Assembly (NCBI GenBank): GCA_034430425.1
Contig: DAOUEK010000032.1
Span: 11,890 to 75,889, forward strand
DNA from: Anaerolineales bacterium
GTDB lineage: Bacteria > Chloroflexota > Anaerolineae > Anaerolineales > E44-bin32
Direction of reading: 5' to 3'
DNA: 64,000 bases
Under the pieces are notes generated by a model that ran no database searches, was not told where the DNA came from, and saw only the letters and a list, made by a program, of their open reading frames with translations. The position numbers and the translations under genes are program-made. This document shows, one piece after another, positions 46,244 through 54,344 of this stretch (position 1 is its first letter; each line of letters begins with the position of its first letter).

Positions 46244-47788
46244 ATGAGACCAAAGATTAATCGACGCGGTTTTCTAAAAATGGCATCGCTCTTCTCACTT
46301 GCCACTCCCTGGATTGCGAGTTCAAATCCCTCCTTGGGCCAAAGAAAAACCGATGCGAATACGCCCAACATTCTGATCCTGGTCTTCGACACCCTCACAG
46401 CGCATGATGTGTCGCTATATGGATATCACCGAGAGACAACGCCCAACTTGAAACGGTTCGCGGAAAAAGCAACCGTCTACCACAACCATTACGCCGGCGG
46501 CAATTTCACCACCCCCGGTACTTCTTCGATTCTCACTGGAACGCTCCCCTGGACACATCGGGCATTCAGCCACCACGCAACACCGCTTGACACCTTCATT
46601 TCCAGGAATGTCTTCAGCGAATTCAACGATGATCAATACACCCGCATCGGGTTTTCGCACAATCTATTGGTAAATATTATCTTGTACCAGCTCCAGCAAA
46701 ATCTTGATCTTTTCACATTACCCAATCAAGTCGCAATGGTGGACTTTAATGTTACCGATAACCTTTTCAAAAGAGACTTTGGTATTGCCGCCCAAAGCGA
46801 ACGCAGTCATTACAAGCAACCGGGAGAATCGTCCGGTTCGCTGTTCTTGTACCCGCTATTTTGGTCGATAAAGGATTTCGTTTACCAATCCTTAAATAAA
46901 CGCTTACAGCGGAGATTCCCCCGCGGCATCCCTGGATACCACGACATGCTCTACCCACTCGAAGACACGATCGATTGGATTCGGGATCAATTAATCGAGT
47001 GGCATCAACCTTTCGTCAGCTACCTCCACATGATGCCGCCACACGATCCTTACTGTCCGCGCGAGGAATTCGTAAATATTTTCTGGGATGGTTGGGTGCC
47101 AGAATCGAAACCCGACCATTTCTTTGCCAACTTCGCAGATCGCCAGAACGTTCTGAACGAGAAACATGTTTTCTACGACGAATACATCGCATACGTCGAT
47201 GCGGAATTTGGGCGATTGGACAATTATCTGGAAAGCAATGGTTTTTATGACAACACAATTGTCGTTTTAACCTCCGATCATGGCGAGATGTTCGAACGAA
47301 AGATTTGGAAACATACTACCCCGACACTCTTCCAACCAATCATTCATGTTCCATTGCTAATCTCCGTTCCTGGACAGACAGCACGTCAGGATGTGCATGC
47401 TTCAACGAGTTGCGTCGACCTGCTGCCAACCCTGCTTCAACTTACCGGTCGTTCCATCCCTTCATGGTGTGAGGGCGTGGTGCTGCCCCCGTATGCCGAC
47501 CAAGAACTCTCCGACGATCGAAGCATTTTTATTGTCGAAGCAAAAAGCAACCCCAAAATCGCTCCTCTGCGAAAAGCGACGGTGGCGATGATCAAGGGTG
47601 ACTATAAATTGATCCACTATCGAGGCTACGAAAGCTACGATGGTTTGTATGAACTTTTTAACTTGCGCGAGGACCCCGAAGAATTAGATAATCTTTATTC
47701 AACGCATCCAGCAATCGCATCTGAACTGCGGCAAGAATTACTTATTAAGATCGAGGAAATGGATGCGCCGTTCACACCATCCAAGTAG
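46244..47788 (+). CDS. Sulfatase-fold (PF00884-like) enzyme with a Tat signal and Thr at the nucleophile position, copy 1
   Basis: ORF track, 514 aa. Twin-arginine signal INRRGFLKMASLFSLATPWIASS. Metal ligands ILVFDTLTAHD and LTSDHGEMFE. GNFTTPGTSSILTG occupies the place where sulfatases have C/S-x-P-x-R. It starts 6 nt after the membrane partner. Confidence 0.8.
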   Translation: MRPKINRRGFLKMASLFSLATPWIASSNPSLGQRKTDANTPNILILVFDTLTAHDVSLYGYHRETTPNLKRFAEKATVYHNHYAGGNFTTPGTSSILTGTLPWTHRAFSHHATPLDTFISRNVFSEFNDDQYTRIGFSHNLLVNIILYQLQQNLDLFTLPNQVAMVDFNVTDNLFKRDFGIAAQSERSHYKQPGESSGSLFLYPLFWSIKDFVYQSLNKRLQRRFPRGIPGYHDMLYPLEDTIDWIRDQLIEWHQPFVSYLHMMPPHDPYCPREEFVNIFWDGWVPESKPDHFFANFADRQNVLNEKHVFYDEYIAYVDAEFGRLDNYLESNGFYDNTIVVLTSDHGEMFERKIWKHTTPTLFQPIIHVPLLISVPGQTARQDVHASTSCVDLLPTLLQLTGRSIPSWCEGVVLPPYADQELSDDRSIFIVEAKSNPKIAPLRKATVAMIKGDYKLIHYRGYESYDGLYELFNLREDPEELDNLYSTHPAIASELRQELLIKIEEMDAPFTPSK

Positions 47789-47862
47789 AAAAGCCTTGCA
47801 CACGGGGATGCTATAACTGGTGGAAAATCTCAAAGCAATTCGATCATTTCCGGATTAATCAC

Positions 47863-48381
47863 TTGGCAATTTTCCATAAATACTATTCCTCACGAGATCT
47901 GATGCAATTAACAGTATTTGTTGCGTTCCCCATCCATGTATGGAGCATTGTTAATATGTTGCGTGCTGTTCCTTCGTTGATCCTTTCCATGTCTGCCTCC
48001 GAAATCATAGGCAGTTGGTCTTACAATATGACTTTCACCCTGCTCGAGACTATCATCATTCTCCTGTTCGTTCTCACAATTGGAATTGCATTGTCGATCC
48101 GCTTGACCATGACCACGTACGTTACGCTCAGTTCATTCTTTCTTACTGAGATTGCTCTCATGAGATTTCTCTTTGAAGCTCTCACCAATGTCTTTGCGCC
48201 TATGGGTCTTCTCATTGCAGCTTGCTTTGTCGTTCTCATTCTGACCTTGTTGCTCGTACCTAAAAATCCAAAATGGAAGGACATCACTCATGAGGTTGCG
48301 ACTCGTCTTGCAGTGTTGACTTACATCTATATTTTCATTGACATTGTCGGTGTGATCATTGTCATTGTAAGATTGGTATGA
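47863..48381 (+). CDS. About 5-TM membrane protein, module copy 2
   Basis: ORF track, 172 aa, TTG start. MAIFHKYYSSRDLMQLTVFVAFPIHVWSIVNMLRAVP...IDIVGVIIVIVRLV is collinear with copies 1 and 3. Confidence 0.6.
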   Translation: MAIFHKYYSSRDLMQLTVFVAFPIHVWSIVNMLRAVPSLILSMSASEIIGSWSYNMTFTLLETIIILLFVLTIGIALSIRLTMTTYVTLSSFFLTEIALMRFLFEALTNVFAPMGLLIAACFVVLILTLLLVPKNPKWKDITHEVATRLAVLTYIYIFIDIVGVIIVIVRLV

Positions 48382-48388
48382 GTGTGAG

Positions 48389-49939
48389 ATGTCATTAAAA
48401 ATCAACCGCCGGGATTTTCTTAAGCTGAGTTCGCTGATTTCATTGGCCACGCCCTGGATCAGCGCGTCGAATCCGAAGGTAGAATCTCACAAGACTCCTC
48501 CAGAAACGCCGAATATTCTCATCATCATCTTTGATGCCCTCTCTGCGCTCGATGTCTCGCTCTACGGTTATCACCGAGCGACAATGCCCAACTTGGCTCG
48601 CTTCGCCGAGAGGGCAACCGTTTACCACAACCATTATTCCGCTGGCAATTTCACCACTTCTGGCACAGCTTCGATCCTCACCGGAACCTACCCATGGACC
48701 CATCGCGCTATTCATCTCTACGGAACCGTCTTGGATTCTATTGAATCTCACAATGCCTATGCCGAATTCGGCCGATACGATTACACACGTGTTGGTTTCT
48801 CCCACAATCTGCTGGTGAATGTGTTGTTTCACCAGTTCATAGATCATATCGATGTATACACGCCTCCGCACGATGTGGCTTTGGTGGATTTCGATATCTC
48901 CGACGATCTCTTCGATTCGGATTTCAGAATTGCGTATCTGAGTGAAAACCGATACTTTATGAACCCAAATCCGCCGTCTAATTCTCTCTATCTTCATCGA
49001 ATCCATTCAGCCTTACGAGCGTTGATCGGAAGGATCTTGAGCAATCGTCTTAAGCAATCATTTCCCCGCGGAATTCCGGGAAATCAAGACATGCTCACCC
49101 CCCTCGAAGATACGGTTGATTGGATTATGAAACAACTCTTGCAGTGGCCACAGCCATTCTTCAGTTATTTACACTTGATGCCGCCTCATGATCCATATTG
49201 CCCCCGTGCAGAATTTGTTGATATTTTCTGGGACGATTGGAAACCCATCGAGAAACCCGATCATTTCTTCTCAGCCCATGGTGAAGACCCACACTCGATA
49301 TACCAACGACGAGTAATATACGATGAATACATCGCTTACGTCGATGCAGAATTCGGAAGACTTCACGACTTCATGGAAGAGAATGGCTTTGACGAGAACA
49401 CGATTGTTATCTTCAGCTCCGACCACGGGGAGATGTTCGAACGCAAGATTTGGGGGCATGGCGGTCCCACACTTTATGAACCAGTTATCCGTATACCCCT
49501 GCTCATATCACTGCCCCATCAAACATCTCGCTACGATGTGTACACGCCTACCAGCAATGTCGATATCCTGCCAACTCTCTTTCACCTCACAAAACACCCC
49601 ATCCCGGACTGGACTGAAGGCTTGATATTACCTCCCTTCACAAATGAGCCTCATTCTTCCGAGCGCAGCCTATTTGCTATCGAGGCAAAAAGTAATCCAA
49701 AAACAGGTCCGCTTAGAAAGGCCACGGTAGCCATGATCAAGGGAAAATATAAGTTGATCCACTACCGTGGATATAAAGGCTTCGATAACGAATACGAACT
49801 CTATGACCTCGACGAAGATCCAGAGGAATTGCAGAACTTATATCCCATTCGTGTAGAAATCGCTGCGGCAATGAGGCAGGAGTTACTCGCTACAATTGAG
49901 GAGAAAGACCATCCCTTCTCCATATTGGAACAGGATTAG
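48389..49939 (+). CDS. Sulfatase-fold enzyme with a Tat signal and Thr at the nucleophile position, copy 2
   Basis: ORF track, 516 aa. Motifs INRRDFLKLSSLISLATPWISAS, IIIFDALSALD, GNFTTSGTASILTG and FSSDHGEMFE. It starts 7 nt after the partner. Confidence 0.8.
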   Translation: MSLKINRRDFLKLSSLISLATPWISASNPKVESHKTPPETPNILIIIFDALSALDVSLYGYHRATMPNLARFAERATVYHNHYSAGNFTTSGTASILTGTYPWTHRAIHLYGTVLDSIESHNAYAEFGRYDYTRVGFSHNLLVNVLFHQFIDHIDVYTPPHDVALVDFDISDDLFDSDFRIAYLSENRYFMNPNPPSNSLYLHRIHSALRALIGRILSNRLKQSFPRGIPGNQDMLTPLEDTVDWIMKQLLQWPQPFFSYLHLMPPHDPYCPRAEFVDIFWDDWKPIEKPDHFFSAHGEDPHSIYQRRVIYDEYIAYVDAEFGRLHDFMEENGFDENTIVIFSSDHGEMFERKIWGHGGPTLYEPVIRIPLLISLPHQTSRYDVYTPTSNVDILPTLFHLTKHPIPDWTEGLILPPFTNEPHSSERSLFAIEAKSNPKTGPLRKATVAMIKGKYKLIHYRGYKGFDNEYELYDLDEDPEELQNLYPIRVEIAAAMRQELLATIEEKDHPFSILEQD

Positions 49940-50012
49940 TGCCATCACAGGGATTGCATTCCTGCCTGCAAACAAAATAGCGAAAGGGATTATTGACAAA
50001 GAGTAACTATCA

Positions 50013-50534
50013 ATGTTGGGTACCTTCCGCAAACACTTCGCGAAACAGGATCTGATCCAATTGGGTGTGGTTTGTGCCTTCCTGATTCACATCTGGGCCA
50101 TTATCAACATGTTTCATGATATCCCTGCCATGCTGCTGTATATGACCAGAAACGAGATCATCGGCAGTCTGGCCTACAATATGCTTTTCGCCCTCTTCGA
50201 AACCATAATTGTTTTTCTCATCATGGTCGCATTGGGATTGATCCTGCCAAGCCATTGGACACGATCCAACTTCTTCCCGGTCAGTTGCTTTCTGCTTATT
50301 GAACTAACAATCATGATCACCCTCTTCAAAATACTTGGATTCAGACCTTATTCCAGGGTACTGCTTGGTGGCGTTTGTATCGTAGTCCTGTTTCTGACAG
50401 CCCTGGTCGTTCCTAAGTTTTCAAAAATGAGCGAGATCGCCCGTTCTATCTCGACGCGCCTGACGCTGTTGACCGCCGTTTATATCCTGATCGATTTGGT
50501 CGGGGTAATCATCGTTATCGCCAGAAACGTGTGA
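50013..50534 (+). CDS. About 5-TM membrane protein, module copy 3
   Basis: ORF track, 173 aa. MLGTFRKHFAKQDLIQLGVVCAFLIHIWAIINMFHDIP...IDLVGVIIVIARNV. Confidence 0.6.
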   Translation: MLGTFRKHFAKQDLIQLGVVCAFLIHIWAIINMFHDIPAMLLYMTRNEIIGSLAYNMLFALFETIIVFLIMVALGLILPSHWTRSNFFPVSCFLLIELTIMITLFKILGFRPYSRVLLGGVCIVVLFLTALVVPKFSKMSEIARSISTRLTLLTAVYILIDLVGVIIVIARNV

Positions 50535-50541
50535 GCATGGC

Positions 50542-52071
50542 ATGCCACTGAATATCAGCCGTCGTGATTTTCTCAAGTTGGCTTCACTGCTTCCCCTGGC
50601 CACACCATGGGTAAGCGCTTCAAACCCGACTCCGCGAAATCGTCGGATAAACGACCGCGCTCCAAATGTGCTCATAGTGGTCTTCGATACACTCTCCGCC
50701 CTCGATCTCTCACTCTACGGATTCCACCGACAGACGACGCCCCATCTGGCCCGTTTCGCCCAAAACGCCACGGTTTACCACGCGCATTATTCCAGTGGCA
50801 ATTTCACTTCTCCGGGTACGGGATCGATTCTGACCGGTACTGCCCCCTTTACCCATCGTGCCATTAACATGCTTGGGTCAGTCGAGGAATCCTTCACGTC
50901 AAGGAATATTTTCAGCACATTTGATGATTACACACGAATTGGCTTCTCTCACAATCATCTCGCCAACCTCCTGTTGTACCAATTTCAAGCCCACCTTGAC
51001 GAATTTATACTTCCGGATGAAGTCGCCATCGTGGATTTTAACTTCGCAGATGACTTATTTCCGAATGACTACAGCATTGCTTCCCAGAGTGAACGCCGCT
51101 ACCTGAAAAAACCAGGGGAAACCTCCAACTCTCTTTTCCTGCATTCACTCCTAATGTTATTGAAGGACATCGTGGATCGTTATACGTTGAAACAATTAAA
51201 GGAATCTTTTCCTCGCGGAATACCCGGTTTTCACGATATGGTCTATCCCCTCGAAGACACTATTACCTGGATCAGAGAACAACTGGTGAAGTGGCCACAA
51301 CCCTTCATGGCATATTTACACATGATGCCCCCGCATGACCCCTATTGCCCGCGTAAGGAGTTTGTGGACATTTTCCAGGACGGTTGGGAACCGATCCACA
51401 AGCCCAAGCACATGCTCTCGAACTCGATTTTTCCACCGGACGTACTCAATGTGCAGCACCAGTACTACAACGAATATATCGCCTACGTGGATTCCGAATT
51501 CGGCCGACTGCATAACTTTATGCAGGAACATAATTATTACGAAAACACCATCGTGGTCTTTACCTCGGATCACGGGGAGATGTTCGAACGGCAGATCTTC
51601 AGACACGTCACACCCACACTCTATCAGCCAATCATTCGTGTGCCGCTGTTGATTTCAGTGCCCCAGCAGACATCTCGCCAGGACGTCTACACTCCGACGA
51701 GCTGCATCGACCTGCTGCCCACACTGCTTCATCTGACCGGACATCCGATCCCAACATGGTGTGAGGGACTGGTGCTGCCCCCGTACACAACAGAAGATAT
51801 CCCCAGCGAGCGGAGTATTTTCGCCCTCGAAGCGAAAGAGAATCCAAAAATGGCGCCTCTTAACAAAGCGACCGTAGCGATGATCAAGAATCCATTCAAA
51901 ATGATTTATTATCGTGGATATGAAACATACGACGGTGTTTTTGAATTATACAACCTGTACGATGATCCAGAAGAATTGGATAATCTCTACACAACACATC
52001 CGGAGATCGCTTCCGAACTGGAGCGTGAATTACTTGCCAAGATCGAGGAAAAGGACGCTCGCTATCGATAG
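50542..52071 (+). CDS. Sulfatase-fold enzyme with a Tat signal and Thr at the nucleophile position, copy 3
   Basis: ORF track, 509 aa. Motifs ISRRDFLKLASLLPLATPWVSAS, IVVFDTLSALD, GNFTSPGTGSILTG and FTSDHGEMFE. It starts 7 nt after the partner. Confidence 0.8.
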   Translation: MPLNISRRDFLKLASLLPLATPWVSASNPTPRNRRINDRAPNVLIVVFDTLSALDLSLYGFHRQTTPHLARFAQNATVYHAHYSSGNFTSPGTGSILTGTAPFTHRAINMLGSVEESFTSRNIFSTFDDYTRIGFSHNHLANLLLYQFQAHLDEFILPDEVAIVDFNFADDLFPNDYSIASQSERRYLKKPGETSNSLFLHSLLMLLKDIVDRYTLKQLKESFPRGIPGFHDMVYPLEDTITWIREQLVKWPQPFMAYLHMMPPHDPYCPRKEFVDIFQDGWEPIHKPKHMLSNSIFPPDVLNVQHQYYNEYIAYVDSEFGRLHNFMQEHNYYENTIVVFTSDHGEMFERQIFRHVTPTLYQPIIRVPLLISVPQQTSRQDVYTPTSCIDLLPTLLHLTGHPIPTWCEGLVLPPYTTEDIPSERSIFALEAKENPKMAPLNKATVAMIKNPFKMIYYRGYETYDGVFELYNLYDDPEELDNLYTTHPEIASELERELLAKIEEKDARYR

Positions 52072-52188
52072 AAATGATCACATCTGAGGACCTGCATGAC
52101 AAGCCGGTGAATATAAAGTTCAGGCCATATCGTTCGTAAAAGTGCAGCGGCCTCGAACCCGAATACGCAAAAAACCAAGGAGGTAAAC

Positions 52189-54231
52189 ATGGCAACGTTA
52201 AACCCCGCTTTCAATGGCATCAGTGACCAGGAATACAAACGCCGTATCCGTGCCTGGACGCTGTACGACTGGGCAAATTCCGCCTTCGCCACGACGATCC
52301 TGGCTGCCGTGCTCCCGATTTATTACAGCCAGGTGGCCGGCGCAACTCTCCCCAGCCGGGCAGCCGCGACGGCACTTTGGAGCCTGGGTTTATCCATCTC
52401 GCTCTTCGTCATCGCTATTCTCTCGCCGATCCTCGGCACCATATCCGATATCAAGCGAGGCAAAAAGGGTTTCCTCACGGTTTTCGCGGGTATCGGCGTC
52501 GTAGCCACCGGATCGATGGTTTTGATTCAGACCGGCGATTGGGTGCTGGCGTCGATCTTGTTCGTGCTCGGCCGCCTGGGATTCACAGGCGCGAACGTCT
52601 TCTACGACGCGCTGCTTCCTCATGTGGCCAAAGAAGACGATCGCGATCGGGTATCGACGCGAGGTTACGCACTCGGATACCTTGGCGGAGGCATCCTCCT
52701 GGCGGTCAATGTGGCCATGATCCAAATGCTGCCCGGGACATTGGGCTCCCGCCTATCCTTCCTCAGCGTCGCCATTTGGTGGGCGGTGTTCACGATCCCC
52801 CTCCTGCGTACGATCCCCGAGCCGCCCGCTGCCACCGCCAAACTCGGATCTGGAGAAAATGTGATCTTGGAAAGTTTCAGCCGCCTACGCGAGACGTTCA
52901 AAGACATCCGCCAATATGGTCAACTTTTCAAATTTCTGCTCGCCTTCTTGATCTATAACGATGGCATTGGCACGATTATCGGAGTCGCTGCGATATACGG
53001 CGCCGAACTGGGTTTCGGAACGGTCGAGTTGATCCTCGCCCTGCTGCTTGTGCAGTTTGTCGGCATTCCCTTCAGCTTGATCTTCGGCCGCATCCCCAGC
53101 CCTCAAGAAAAACGCAGGGCCTTCTATCTGGCTTTCATCGTCTTCAACATGGTCATGCTTCCCCTCACCGGCACGCTTGGCCTTCAGCTTTTTCCCGCAG
53201 ATGTGACGGGAGCGAAACCTTCGGCTTTTGAATCCACTGCCTCGGCAGTAGGTGAAGGAATCCACGAGGTTGATGCACAGATCGTGTCCTTCACGGGCAC
53301 CTGGCTGGAAGAGGATGTCTCCGCCAGTGAGATCAGCGGCGGCGGTTTCTTCGAGTTTATCAACCGCTTGTTCGGCGAGAGTGTCGCAGATGTCACCTAT
53401 CGACAATCCGCCGATCCAGGCGGCCGCCTCGATTTCACTTTCAACGGGCAGAATGTCCAATTCACATACAGCGAAGGACCGGACCGCGGCATTTGGGCCA
53501 TCGAAGTGGATGGGGAAGTCTATCTGGACGCCGAGAATAAACCCGTCCTTCTCGATGCGTATGCCGCCACCGCACGTTACGGAGCCATCTCCGAGATCAT
53601 CGAGGTCGAAGAAGCCGGAATCCATACCCTTTCCCTTGTAAACACACTGGATCGCAATCCGGACAGCGCTGGAAATACAATCTCGATTGCCGCATTCGAA
53701 GTCTTGCCTGCCGCGCGCCAGCAAAACCTACTCATCATTCTCGGTCTGATCGTCGCATTACAGGTCGTAGGGTTGTTGTTTGCCTGGCTCCTCGGAGAGC
53801 GCTTGTTCTCCAAACTCGCCGAACGTTTGAACACCAAACGCAGCATCATTTTGGCGCTTCTGACCTACGCCATTATCGCCGTCTGGGGATATTTCCTCAA
53901 CTCGACGATCGAATTCTGGTTCCTGGCCTGGATGGTGGCTACTGTTCAGGGCGGCAGTCAAGGCTTAAGCCGCAGTCTATATGCCGTTATGTCTCCAGCC
54001 GTGAAAAGTGGTGAATTCTTCGGCCTGTTCGGCGTGATGGAGAAATTCTCCGCCGTCCTGGGCCCGATCTTGTTCGCCGCAGCCGGAGCCGCCTTTGCCA
54101 GCAGCCGGCCTGCCATCCTGAGTCTGATTGCCTTCTTCATCATTGGTGGTTGGCTGCTAGCCAAGGTGGACGTGGAGGAAGGACGCAAAGTGGCCCGGGC
54201 GGAAGATGCGGAATTTCTAACTGCATCGTAA
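52189..54231 (+). CDS. MFS transporter of the UMF1/Atg22-like type, with a roughly 175-aa soluble domain inserted in the C-terminal half
   Basis: ORF track, 680 aa. AAGGAGG lies upstream. The N-terminus YKRRIRAWTLYDWANSAFATTILAAVLPIYY is typical of the UMF1 family. Residues about 337-512 lack hydrophobic helices and look beta-rich (VSFTGTW...LDFTFNGQNVQFTYSEGPDRGIWAIEVDGEVY...). Confidence 0.75.
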   Translation: MATLNPAFNGISDQEYKRRIRAWTLYDWANSAFATTILAAVLPIYYSQVAGATLPSRAAATALWSLGLSISLFVIAILSPILGTISDIKRGKKGFLTVFAGIGVVATGSMVLIQTGDWVLASILFVLGRLGFTGANVFYDALLPHVAKEDDRDRVSTRGYALGYLGGGILLAVNVAMIQMLPGTLGSRLSFLSVAIWWAVFTIPLLRTIPEPPAATAKLGSGENVILESFSRLRETFKDIRQYGQLFKFLLAFLIYNDGIGTIIGVAAIYGAELGFGTVELILALLLVQFVGIPFSLIFGRIPSPQEKRRAFYLAFIVFNMVMLPLTGTLGLQLFPADVTGAKPSAFESTASAVGEGIHEVDAQIVSFTGTWLEEDVSASEISGGGFFEFINRLFGESVADVTYRQSADPGGRLDFTFNGQNVQFTYSEGPDRGIWAIEVDGEVYLDAENKPVLLDAYAATARYGAISEIIEVEEAGIHTLSLVNTLDRNPDSAGNTISIAAFEVLPAARQQNLLIILGLIVALQVVGLLFAWLLGERLFSKLAERLNTKRSIILALLTYAIIAVWGYFLNSTIEFWFLAWMVATVQGGSQGLSRSLYAVMSPAVKSGEFFGLFGVMEKFSAVLGPILFAAAGAAFASSRPAILSLIAFFIIGGWLLAKVDVEEGRKVARAEDAEFLTAS

Positions 54232-54257
54232 GTAAAGCAACCATAGACTTTATATTA

Positions 54258-54292
54258 AAAGTGGGGCTGTTCTAGTAGAACAGCCCCACTTT
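54258..54292. terminator. Bidirectional rho-independent terminator between convergent genes
   Basis: AAAGTGGGGCTGTTC-TAGTA-GAACAGCCCCACTTT is a perfect 15-bp stem with a 5-nt loop, with A/T-rich flanks on both sides. It lies between the MFS stop (54231) and the EamA stop (54345). Confidence 0.85.
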
Positions 54293-54344
54293 ATATCCGA
54301 TCAGACAACACACTGATCCTCACAACCATGAAAACGACTGCCTA

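Noticed and set aside
46244-52071. Calling the three PF00884-like proteins genuine sulfatases that act together with the neighbouring sulfotransferase.
   Set aside because: All three lack the Cys/Ser and Arg of the C/S-x-P-x-R formylglycine motif (T-x-P/S-x-T instead), and no FGE or anSME maturase is nearby. Sulfatase activity is not excluded, but the sequence does not support it.
52885-53724. A 279-aa minus-strand ORF antisense to the MFS transporter gene.
   Set aside because: It is fully contained within, and antisense to, a gene with clear MFS features. Its composition is low-complexity and Gly/Asp/Arg-rich, it has no recognisable motif, and its extent coincides with the non-membrane insertion of the sense gene.
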